Assembly: GCF_000284115.1 (NCBI RefSeq)
Contig: NC_017081.1
Coordinates: forward strand, 49,158 to 81,157
Reading direction: 5' to 3'
Length of the DNA: 32,000 nt
Source of the DNA: Phycisphaera mikurensis NBRC 102666
Lineage (GTDB): Bacteria > Planctomycetota > Phycisphaerae > Phycisphaerales > Phycisphaeraceae
Positions 25,175 to 32,000 of this stretch are shown piece by piece. The position numbers and the translations under genes are program-made. The notes under the pieces are model-generated. The model saw only the letters and a list, made by a program, of their open reading frames with translations. It did no database searches and had not been told where the DNA came from. Numbering within the stretch: the stretch's first letter is position 1; each line of letters begins with the position of its first letter.

Positions 25175-25756
25175 TCACCGGTCCCAGGACCACCACAAGC
25201 GGTAAGGACCCTGCGCCTCGTCGAGGACCACCGGCCCGAAGCACCGCGAGTCCACGGAAGTCAGAACTCCCTCCGCCAGCAGCCAAGCTTCGCCCGGCTG
25301 CAACACCCGATCCATCCCAAACACGGGCATCGCCTCCCCCTGCGAGGTCACGCGGGCGGTGGGCGCGAGGCGCACGCCGTCGATCACCAAGCCGCTCTCG
25401 TCGCAGCGCACCGTCTGGCCAACCAGCCCCGCCACCGGCTTGAGCAGCCGCGTGTGGCCGTGCCGCCCATGCCGGTCGAGGAGCCCGATGACCGCATCGG
25501 GTGCGTCAATCAGGACGAGATCCCCCTTCGCCACCGCCCCCCAACCCCGCACCCAAAGCCCCCGCTCCACGCTCGCGGACGGCTGGATCACGATCGGCAT
25601 CCACGCCCACTGGAGGAGGAAGACGGCCGCCACCGGTATGAGCCAGCACCATGCCCTGAAGCTCAGGAGCCTCCCGACTCGACCTCGATAAGGGGACGGT
25701 GGAACGCGAACGGAGAGTTGCTCCGGCCGGATCGGCCTGGGGTTCTGCGTGCTCAC
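25175..25756 (-). CDS. traF: S26-family conjugative signal peptidase TraF (pilin maturation)
   Basis: TM WCWLIPVAAVFLLQWAWMPIV. Ser motif PSASVERGLW (compare T.S.P.GLY of TraF), Lys motif RLLKPVAGLVGQTV, and SVDSRCFGPV (compare S.DSRYFGP). GTG 25756 overlaps the ORF180 stop (GTGA); GTG 25771 is the alternative. Confidence 0.8.
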   Translation of the reverse strand: MSTQNPRPIRPEQLSVRVPPSPYRGRVGRLLSFRAWCWLIPVAAVFLLQWAWMPIVIQPSASVERGLWVRGWGAVAKGDLVLIDAPDAVIGLLDRHGRHGHTRLLKPVAGLVGQTVRCDESGLVIDGVRLAPTARVTSQGEAMPVFGMDRVLQPGEAWLLAEGVLTSVDSRCFGPVVLDEAQGPYRLWWSWDR

Positions 25757-26295
25757 CGCCCCAGGCTCCACGCGGTCAACTCACGCCGGCTCGGGTGGCG
25801 GGCGCCGTGGCCCGCGGCGACGCTCACGCCAGCCGCCAGCCAAAAGCTGGCGGGCACCCGAGCGGCGGCCCCACACTGCGTGACGCCTGCGACCAACTCC
25901 ACGAGGTCCGCCACCGGCCCGGGGCGGCGGTGATCCCGCGGCTGCGATGCGACCGCAAGGTGCTTCGACGGCGCTCCGACACCAGGCACCCGGCCAGCAC
26001 CCTCGCCAAGCTCGGCGATCACGATCCAGCTGCGGACACGCCGCCCCGCATGGGTTGCTTCAGCACCCAGAACGCCAAAGCATCCTCCGATCGAGAGCCG
26101 GGGCTGCCCCCCATCGGCGTCCCCACCGAAAAGCAGCCGGAGCCGCACCCTCGGCACCGTGGCATCCGCCGCTCCAACTCCCTCGCCGCGGAATCGCACC
26201 TCCGCGGCCCCCCCACCGCCCTGTCGGCACTGAGCCCGGTCCACCCGTGAAGGTGACGACTCCGGCGACCGGCCCGCGTTTTGTAGTGCTTTCAT
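25753..26295 (-). CDS. Hypothetical protein ORF180 (occupies the slot that DUF2840 holds upstream of the S26 peptidase in related ICEs)
   Basis: ATG 26295 overlaps the upstream stop (ATGA) and its own stop overlaps the traF GTG (GTGA). Third-position GC does not discriminate it from the opposite-strand ORF 25699..26250 (hand count 64/80 vs 66/80 over 25801-26040). The call rests on operon context and coupling. Confidence 0.4.
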   Translation of the reverse strand: MKALQNAGRSPESSPSRVDRAQCRQGGGGAAEVRFRGEGVGAADATVPRVRLRLLFGGDADGGQPRLSIGGCFGVLGAEATHAGRRVRSWIVIAELGEGAGRVPGVGAPSKHLAVASQPRDHRRPGPVADLVELVAGVTQCGAAARVPASFWLAAGVSVAAGHGARHPSRRELTAWSLGR

Positions 26296-26309
26296 TTGAG
26301 AAACATACA
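26281..26309 (-). repeat. Copy B of bipartite box TTGTAGTGCTT-N12-CATACA, straddling the rep-like stop / ORF180 start
   Basis: See copy A. The same 11-mer (26281-26291) and hexamer (26304-26309) occur at an identical offset. Confidence 0.6.
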
Positions 26310-27938
26310 GTCGTCGCCCTGGTCCCGCAGCTCCACCATCGCTGGCAACGACGCGGCCGCCCGCACCCGTGCCAGCCGCGCTGCGTCCAGCTCTTCCGAG
26401 GCGGCTCGCTCCCGCGAGGGAGTCCATCCCGGAGCCGCTTTGCGGAGCAGTTGGTGAAGGACGTGCGGTCCTTGGCGGTGCCGCTGACACGCCGCACGGG
26501 CCGACGCCAAGAGCTTCGCGTCGGCGGAGGGCGTTCCCCCTCCCGCCGGTTGAGGGGGTCTCGGGGAGGACACCGACGCGCGCCTCGACCTGGAGCGGGC
26601 GGCGGCCGCACGACGCTCGAGTGCATCCGATTCGTCACCGTCGGTGATGAGGTCCCACCTCCGGCGGTGGAGCATCCACGCCATGAGTTTGAGCGGAGAA
26701 CCGCCCTTCTGGGCCGTGATCCGAAGCGCATGCTCTCGTGCTCCCCACCAGCGGAGCCGGCCGCGGTCGCCGGGCTCGACCTTCCCGGCCTCGACGGCAC
26801 GGTCCAGAGCCGCGGCGAAGAGGTTCTCGTCCCGCAAGTCTTCGGGCCGCAGGTGGAGGCCGTGCCTCCGCTCGCTTTGCTTCCCTTTCTTCCCCTGCTT
26901 CTCGATCGAAACACCATCGCCCTCCCCGGCGGGGGGTTGTTGGTGTTTAAATTCTTCTTCCTTCGAAGAAGAAGAAGGGTGCTCGTGTAATGGGGCGGAA
27001 GAAACAGCTCCCGATCTGGCGGCACGACCGGAAGATCCGCTCCCGTGAGGGGTCGGAACACTTGCCGCCTGGTCACGGCTTCGCGCGCGGGCATCGCGAG
27101 GTTGGGGAGCTTCCCGCAGCCGAGGTGGGGCCTCTCCCCCCGCCGCTCGCGGGGAAGCACCGCCCCACCGCAGGTTGATCGATATGCGGGCCCCGTACCG
27201 CGACAGATACCAGGGCGGCGTCGCGTGGGCCAGAAGAAGACCTTCGCGCACCAGCTCACGACGCGCCCCCTGAAGCGAGCGGTCGGAAAGGCCCAGCAGC
27301 GGTCCGGCAGCTGTGGCGGCCCAGGAGCCGTTGGGGTCCAGCCGCTTGTCCCGCACGTAGAGGCAGCGGATCAGCGATACGAGAGCCGCCCCACTCCGTG
27401 CCCGGCTCTGACCCGCGGCCAGCCACCGGACCCACCGGCGGGGAACCGGAAGCAGCCGCCTCCGGTTCTCGACCTCACGCAGGAAGGTGAATACACCGTC
27501 CGTGTCTCCGCGGTACTGATCGGGGCTGGTCGCCAGCTGCGGCCGGGTGTCCGACCAGACGAGGAGCCCCACCGCCTCCAGCTCCCGGATCGCCGCCCGG
27601 AGCGGCTTCATGGAACCGGGGCCACGCTCAACGCCCAGCAGACGTTGGAGCTCCGCAACACCGTGGTACGCCTCCCGCCCCGCCGCCCCACCGCCCAACC
27701 CCGCCACATCACGCCGGCAACGCATCTCTAAGACCGCCCACCAGACGCGGAACGCCAGCGGTCCGATCTGCTTCTCCCGCCGTGCCACCCAGAGCATCGC
27801 CACCTGCGGCAGCGTGACGGTGAGGTACCCGCCCGCCGGAGCGGACGACGCGGGAAGGTGCCACGCTCTGCGGGGACGCCGAGCGACAGCCGCCCCCCCG
27901 CCGCCGCGGGAGAGATTCGAGGTTGAGTTGGCCTGCAC
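26292..27938 (-). CDS. Large winged-helix DNA-binding protein (548 aa); possible replication initiator or transfer/maintenance regulator
   Basis: GTG 27938 with GGAG 7 nt upstream. Two wHTH-like modules (VAELQRLLGVERGPGSMKPLRAAIRELEAVGLLVWS; LLGLSDRSLQGARRELVREGLLLAH), a low-complexity Ser/Lys/Glu linker, and a C-terminal region (LKLMAWMLHRRRWDLITDGDESDALE). It is divergent from parA across a repeat-rich gap. No family recognised. Confidence 0.5.
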   Translation of the reverse strand: MQANSTSNLSRGGGGAAVARRPRRAWHLPASSAPAGGYLTVTLPQVAMLWVARREKQIGPLAFRVWWAVLEMRCRRDVAGLGGGAAGREAYHGVAELQRLLGVERGPGSMKPLRAAIRELEAVGLLVWSDTRPQLATSPDQYRGDTDGVFTFLREVENRRRLLPVPRRWVRWLAAGQSRARSGAALVSLIRCLYVRDKRLDPNGSWAATAAGPLLGLSDRSLQGARRELVREGLLLAHATPPWYLSRYGARISINLRWGGASPRAAGGEAPPRLREAPQPRDARARSRDQAASVPTPHGSGSSGRAARSGAVSSAPLHEHPSSSSKEEEFKHQQPPAGEGDGVSIEKQGKKGKQSERRHGLHLRPEDLRDENLFAAALDRAVEAGKVEPGDRGRLRWWGAREHALRITAQKGGSPLKLMAWMLHRRRWDLITDGDESDALERRAAAARSRSRRASVSSPRPPQPAGGGTPSADAKLLASARAACQRHRQGPHVLHQLLRKAAPGWTPSRERAASEELDAARLARVRAAASLPAMVELRDQGDDCMFLK

Positions 27939-28481
27939 GAGACAGCTCCAGGCGCAGGAGGCGCGCCGTTCCAGAAAAGGAGCGTTGACATTCGGCTCAG
28001 CGTGCTAGTCTCAGGCTGTATTGGACCTGAGGGTTTCGTTGGCGTCCTGCCACCGGGATCCTGGAAGACGCGGCCCTGCAAGGCTGCGTTTTCGCATGGA
28101 GGCCCGGCACTCCACCCGCTCCACGGCTCGGACCAGCGGAGGCGGGAGACCCGCTGGCGGCCTCACGCTAAACCGAAAACGCGGGGCCGTGGGCCCGGTT
28201 ATGGGGCTTTGAAGGGCCCGGAGGGTGATCTGGCGACAGACGAGTGTCCCCCCACAACTGACCCCACACAACAGGGGTTGCATGACAGTCACCGGTCATC
28301 TGTCCCATATCGAGTGGAGACTCTTGTTAGGGGGCGCACGTGTGGGGTGCTTCATGTGTCGCCGTTCGTCTGACCCCTGATAGAAGTTGTTCTCAAGTGT
28401 CTCCTCTTATCTGTACCTCTTCATGTGGACCCAGACATGTGGGACCACTCGTCTTTCTCCTCATGTCGGTCCCCAGACGAA

Positions 28482-28496
28482 GGGGGGGGGGGGGGG
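28482..28496. repeat. G15 homopolymer tract
   Basis: Fifteen consecutive G at 28482-28496, read directly from the sequence, inside the repeat field. Confidence 0.95.
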
Positions 28497-28552
28497 CGAG
28501 CCGTTTCCGCCCATCCGGCTGCACGCCCGTTGAACGCTGTTGCTTCGACCCT

Positions 28553-28594
28553 TCAAGTGTCCCCACTTGGCCCGGATCAAGAGGGGACACTTGA
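28553..28594. repeat. Perfect 12-bp inverted repeat TCAAGTGTCCCC-N18-GGGGACACTTGA
   Basis: Arms at 28553-28564 and 28583-28594. Read directly from the sequence. Confidence 0.9.
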
Positions 28595-29077
28595 TGCTGA
28601 GATGCTCAGCGAAGCTCTCGCGAAAACCCCGCTCGAGCCCTTCTAGCGGTCTCTGGCTCTTGCGATCTGCTTCGGTGGCCTTGGCGGCTGCGACGCCGCT
28701 CTTCATGTGCCGTTGCCGTTTCGGCCGCGAAAGCCAAACAACCGATCCACCAAACGGGGACAGACACTCGTCGCATCTGTACCCTGACGACCAATGACAT
28801 CCGACTACTCCAGGTTGTTCAAGCAGTGTGAGGACCAGATGGTTTGCGTCCCCTCACGTCTGTCCACATGTAAGAGGGGACTCACGACATGTGTGGGTCT
28901 TCGTCCCCACTCGAAAGTCCCCCTTTATCAGTACCCACACAAGAGGGAATACTTATGAAGCCCCTTTTGTCTGCCCCCAGACATCTGTCTCCTTAAATGG
29001 GGGTACGGACATCAGGGGACGCTCAAAGCCGTCGACTCGTCCGTGTCGCTCCAAACTTTTTTTCCAAAGAACCTCGC

Positions 29078-30034
29078 ATGAAGAACGAAAAGACGACCGT
29101 CGTCAGCATTGGCAACCAGAAGGGGGGTGTGGGCAAGACCACCACCACGCTGAACCTCGCCGCCGCGCTGGGCCAACTCGGCAAGGAAGTCCTGGTCATC
29201 GACCTCGACCAGAACTGCGGGGCGACTCGGGGGCTCGGCATCCCGCCCGAGTCCTACGCCAGCTCCTTCGACATGATGGTGGGGGAGGGCGGCGGCACCG
29301 GAGCGGAGCTGGACCCGCTGGAGCTGGTCATCACGACCGACCCGGACGAGGACCTGCTCTTGCCAGAGGGTGTGTCGATGATCACGGGCAACCGGAGCCT
29401 CGAGGACCTCGATGACGTGCTCCGGAAGAAGCCCGAAGCACGCTTCTCCATGCCGGGTGCGGTCTTGGAGCCGTCCATCCAGAAGCTCGTCGACGCGAAG
29501 AAGTGGGACTTCATCTTCTTGGACACCGCTCCCCAACTCACCACCGCGACCCTCGGTGCATACCGCGTCGCGGAGTGGTTCATTGTCGTCACCCAGCCCG
29601 AAGCGTTGAGCATCCTCGGGATGGAGGATGCGTTCTCCGACCTGAAGCTGGTCCGCAAGGAATACAACCCGGCCCTCAAGCTCCTTGGGGTCGTCATCGG
29701 CAACTACGCCAAGGGGACGAAGACGGCGATGACGCTCGACCGGCAGATCCGCGATCAGTTCGAAGGAACCGGCACCTTCGGGCCGTTCAAGCAGAACATC
29801 TCTCGGACCGTTGCGATCCCAACGGCTCAGTACGAGCAGATGACCATCATCCAGCACAAGCCGGCGCACCAGAGCACCGAAGAGTTTCGCTGCCTGGCCA
29901 AAGAGGTGATGGAGCGGATCAATCTTGGCGCGCCCCCCGCGACGGGTGGGGGGGATGAAGCCGAGAAGGGTGGTGCGGTTGCTGGCGGGGGTGAAGCCCG
30001 CACCCATCCCGAGGAGGTGACCGATGCCGGTTAA
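29078..30034 (+). CDS. parA: ParA/Soj-family partition ATPase
   Basis: ATG 29078. Deviant Walker A GNQKGGVGKTTTTLNLAAAL, Walker A' VLVIDLDQNCG, Walker B FIFLDTAPQL. Confidence 0.92.
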   Translation: MKNEKTTVVSIGNQKGGVGKTTTTLNLAAALGQLGKEVLVIDLDQNCGATRGLGIPPESYASSFDMMVGEGGGTGAELDPLELVITTDPDEDLLLPEGVSMITGNRSLEDLDDVLRKKPEARFSMPGAVLEPSIQKLVDAKKWDFIFLDTAPQLTTATLGAYRVAEWFIVVTQPEALSILGMEDAFSDLKLVRKEYNPALKLLGVVIGNYAKGTKTAMTLDRQIRDQFEGTGTFGPFKQNISRTVAIPTAQYEQMTIIQHKPAHQSTEEFRCLAKEVMERINLGAPPATGGGDEAEKGGAVAGGGEARTHPEEVTDAG

Positions 30035-30689
30035 GCGGAAGCCCAAGCCCGAAGGCCGTCGGCTGATGAAGTTCGACCCTTCGGAGTTGAACGAGCCGGT
30101 CCCCGCTCTCGAGGAGCAGGCGGCACCCGAAGCACCCGCGTCCGTCCCGGTGGAGGAGCCCGCGCCCACAGTCGCCGAGCCGGTTCACCCCGTTGCGGAG
30201 TCCGAAGTTCGCGTGACGCCGACCGCTCCCGTGGCCGCCGCTCCCGACGCAGAGGACCGGCCGGAGAGGGCACCCGCCGAGCCGCTGCCCCCTCCGGCCC
30301 CCGAGCCGCCCCAGCGTCAGATCCCGCTGCAAGGAGTCGACCCGCCACCGAGTCGGCGATCCCCCCGGCCGCGATCGGCGGTGCGTTCGGACTCCGGCTA
30401 CAGAAAGGGCATGAAGACCCGCTTCACGCGGGAGGAAACCGAAGCGAACGCGGAGATCCTCGCCCTCCTCAAGGAGGTGACGCAGTCCAGCGTCAGCGAG
30501 GCGCAGGTCACCCGCGCCCTCTGGTCGCTGCTCCGCCGCGCCGACGACACGATCAACCAGAACCGCAATCGGGCACCCATCCTCAGGCGGCCGAGCAACG
30601 GCGACTCCGTGGGCCTGGCCGCGTACGAAGACCAGATCACCGACTACCTGCACTCCGTTGTCCGCTCCACCCGGAAAAGCGACCGATGA
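30024..30689 (+). CDS. Putative centromere-binding partner of ParA (disordered Pro/Ala-rich N-terminus plus C-terminal RHH-like module; ParG-like)
   Basis: ATG 30024 with GAGGAGG upstream; overlaps parA by 11 nt. C-terminal KTRFTREETEANAEILALLKEVTQSSVSEAQVTRALWSLLRR fits a beta-alpha-alpha RHH layout. The position is typical of type Ib par loci. Confidence 0.45.
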   Translation: MPVKRKPKPEGRRLMKFDPSELNEPVPALEEQAAPEAPASVPVEEPAPTVAEPVHPVAESEVRVTPTAPVAAAPDAEDRPERAPAEPLPPPAPEPPQRQIPLQGVDPPPSRRSPRPRSAVRSDSGYRKGMKTRFTREETEANAEILALLKEVTQSSVSEAQVTRALWSLLRRADDTINQNRNRAPILRRPSNGDSVGLAAYEDQITDYLHSVVRSTRKSDR

Positions 30690-31087
30690 GCGATCGAGCG
30701 CCCGGCCGGGGCGACGCCAACCGGTACGCCCCCCCCAAGTCCCTCCGCCTCCGGCGGGAGGTGGTAGCGCGGTTCCGGGACGCCTGCCGGCAGCGCGACC
30801 GGCGAGCCGCCGAAGTGTTAACGGTCCTGCTGGAGGAGTACCTGGCTTTGGAGCGTCCGGTGCGAGCCCATCTTCACGTCCGGATGCACGACGCGGTGCC
30901 CGCGGAAGCCGCCAAGAGCGGTGGGGGGGTGGCGTTCAACTGCCGCCTGCCACCCGACCTCTTGGATCGCCTTGAAAATCAGGCGGAAGAAGAGATGCGT
31001 AGCCCGCTCAACATCATTGAGTGGGTCATGGCATTCTGGAGCCTGCCGGATGGCGACGGATCGCTGTCCTCCAAGGTCGCTCCTTGA
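30686..31087 (+). CDS. Hypothetical protein with two tandem RHH-like modules
   Basis: ATGA overlap with the upstream gene. Module 1: SLRLRREVVARFRDACRQRDRRAAEVLTVLLEEYL. Module 2: VAFNCRLPPDLLDRLENQAEEEMRSPLNIIEWVMAFW. Confidence 0.45.
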   Translation: MSDRAPGRGDANRYAPPKSLRLRREVVARFRDACRQRDRRAAEVLTVLLEEYLALERPVRAHLHVRMHDAVPAEAAKSGGGVAFNCRLPPDLLDRLENQAEEEMRSPLNIIEWVMAFWSLPDGDGSLSSKVAP

Positions 31088-31115
31088 GCACGCCGTACCC
31101 GGAACGGACTCCATC

Positions 31116-31334
31116 ATGGCCGCATCCCCGATTCGACCCCGACTCCGCACCTCGAAGCCGTCGCCCGAGGTGGTCGAGGCCTTCGAAGAAGCGTGTGCCC
31201 GCGAGCTGCGCACCCCGGGGAAGGTGCTAGAGGCCCTGATGATTTCCTTCGTTGGTATGACGCCCGCGTCTCGGGATGAGTTGGCGATCCTCCGAAGCGA
31301 CCACCTCAAACAGCGAGGCATGGTCACGCGGTAG
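31116..31334 (+). CDS. Small RHH-like protein (72 aa), paralogous to module 1 of the preceding gene
   Basis: PEVVEAFEEACARELRTPGKVLEALMISFV aligns with REVVARFRDACRQRDRRAAEVLTVLLEEYL (EVV.aF.dAC.r....a.VL..L). ATG 31116. Confidence 0.4.
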   Translation: MAASPIRPRLRTSKPSPEVVEAFEEACARELRTPGKVLEALMISFVGMTPASRDELAILRSDHLKQRGMVTR

Positions 31335-31557
31335 GGCGGTCGTCCGCACGCCGCCCCCGGGGCGTGGGAGCCATTCGCCGTTCCCGCTCGACCGAGGCCA
31401 GCTCCACGCGGAGGCCCACGTCCTGTAGGCGGTCATGCAAACCGTCTTCGGGCGCGTCCAAGTCGAAGCGGGCCACGGAGTCGCGTTCGATCCCGGCGAA
31501 GACCCGGATGATCTCCAGCCGGCTGCGTGCATGGCTGACGATCAGCTTCGCGTTCAT
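31324..31557 (-). CDS. Hypothetical small protein (77 aa)
   Basis: ATG 31557 (MNAKLIVSHARSRLEIIRVFAGIERDSVARFDLD...). Convergent with the 31116 gene and overlapping it by 11 nt. No family recognised and coding status is uncertain. Confidence 0.25.
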   Translation of the reverse strand: MNAKLIVSHARSRLEIIRVFAGIERDSVARFDLDAPEDGLHDRLQDVGLRVELASVERERRMAPTPRGRRADDRPTA

Positions 31558-32000
31558 CTCATGTTTCAAAAGGGGTTCTTTCTCCGTTTCAGCCGACCTT
31601 GTGCGTGGGCGGCGGGGTGCTTTTGTGTGGTCATCCCCGGATGCAGACTGACCTGAAGCGAGGAAACGCACGGTCGTCGCGTGGATGCCTCGCCTCCGCC
31701 GACGCGCCCATCAGGGAAACCCTGACCCCTCGCAGCGGAACCGCAAGCCTGTGCAACCCGGGAGGGGAGAAATGCTCGTCTCTTCTGCCGAAATTGAGGA
31801 TCGCATGGGTTGGGTGGCTGTGCAGGACAGGAAGCGGAGCCCGCGGTGAGGGAGGCCAGCGGTTCCATGAGCCGGCGTTCTCCGCCCTGCACCCGGGGTG
31901 CCGGGGGCCGACCCCGGTCGCCCGCCGCGCAGGCGTTCCCGCTTCACCACCAATCCGTCAAGACAGCCGCCGGGTCCACGCCCACCACACTTCTCACCGA

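Larger units (their letters stand above)
28242..29020. repeat. Repeat field (candidate iterons / centromere parC / oriV): 10 copies of GTCCCC/GGGGAC, 7 copies of [T/A/C]CATGT, 3-4 copies of (TC)AAGTGTCYCC
   Basis: GTCCCC at 28246, 28469, 28559, 28848, 28903, 28917. GGGGAC at 28583, 28756, 28876, 29015. TTCATGTG at 28351, 28420, 28702; CTCATGTC at 28460; GACATGTG at 28434, 28886; CACATGTA at 28865. TCAAGTGTCTCC at 28393 and TCAAGTGTCCCC at 28553, with its inverted copy at 28583. No credible ORF. Confidence 0.6.
8548..32000. mobile_element. Conjugative element (ICE or plasmid) with Tn4371-like transfer backbone; the right end lies beyond the window and the left boundary is undefined
   Basis: Integrase, a complete P-type T4SS (trbBCDEJLFGI plus DUF2274), traG, DUF3363-type relaxase, traF, parA and a rep-like gene. 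The gene order traG-copG-trbB...trbI-DUF2274 is the Tn4371-family hallmark. Confidence 0.75.

Noticed and set aside
25699-26250. Plus-strand 183-aa ORF opposite ORF180
   Set aside because: Third-position GC is as good as for the minus frame. However, the translation is Arg/Pro/His-rich, there is no plus-strand operon context, and the minus frame has coupled ATGA/GTGA junctions at both ends. Kept as an explicit uncertainty, not excluded with certainty.
25947-27259. Long ORFs overlapping the rep-like gene (25947..26990 +, 347 aa; 26060..27259 -, 399 aa)
   Set aside because: Arg/Pro/Gly-rich shadow frames. The 26292..27938 frame alone shows wHTH-like amphipathic helices, an SD-preceded start and a coupled stop.
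28002-28800. Track ORFs inside the rep-like/parA intergenic region (28002..28373, 28011..28292, 28340..28594, 28461..28706, 28540..28797, among others)
   Set aside because: They are mutually overlapping, lack RBS context, have odd composition (Arg/Cys/Pro-rich) and run through the repeat motifs and the G15 tract. The region is treated as non-coding.
28242-29020. Repeat field considered as a CRISPR array
   Set aside because: The repeats are 6-12 bp, degenerate, in both orientations and irregularly spaced. There is no 25-40 bp repeat/spacer periodicity and no cas genes.

Overview
High-GC window (hand counts of 60-nt lines: about 44/60 GC in the T4SS genes, 36-37/60 in a dip at about 7.0-8.5 kb). 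It has three blocks.

(1) 1-4.26 kb: a tightly coupled plus-strand metal-homeostasis operon. It encodes a His-rich lipoprotein, a domain-truncated CDF-like transporter, an SPC/HEGST (P1B-4 type) heavy-metal P-type ATPase, and an LpxR-family outer-membrane protein.

(2) 4.3-11.1 kb: an accessory block. It holds an orphan 163-aa protein, an AbiEii-type nucleotidyltransferase toxin convergent with an AbiEi-like regulator, a lower-GC gene for an all-alpha acidic protein of unknown function, and a plus-strand module of small ICE-type protein, tyrosine integrase and an unknown 358-aa Cys/His-motif protein.

(3) 11.15-32 kb: the backbone of a conjugative element (ICE or plasmid) that runs off the right edge. 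On the minus strand it reads wHTH/rep-like, ORF180, TraF peptidase, a gap holding a putative oriT, DUF3363-type relaxase, TraG, CopG-like, TrbB-C-D-E-J-L-F-G-I and DUF2274, almost all joined by ATGA/GTGA overlaps. A 1.14-kb repeat-dense non-coding region follows, then a divergent parA operon with an array of ribbon-helix-helix (RHH) proteins.

The T4SS, relaxase, integrase, ParA and ATPase calls are motif-supported. No single clearly novel system can be proven from sequence alone. The best candidates are:
- the non-canonical AbiE neighbourhood with its low-GC orphan gene
- the integrase-coupled 358-aa protein
- the GTCCCC/CATGT repeat field with a G15 tract
- the RHH array
- a bipartite box shared by two transfer loci

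Most long opposite-strand ORFs in the track are GC-driven shadow ORFs.
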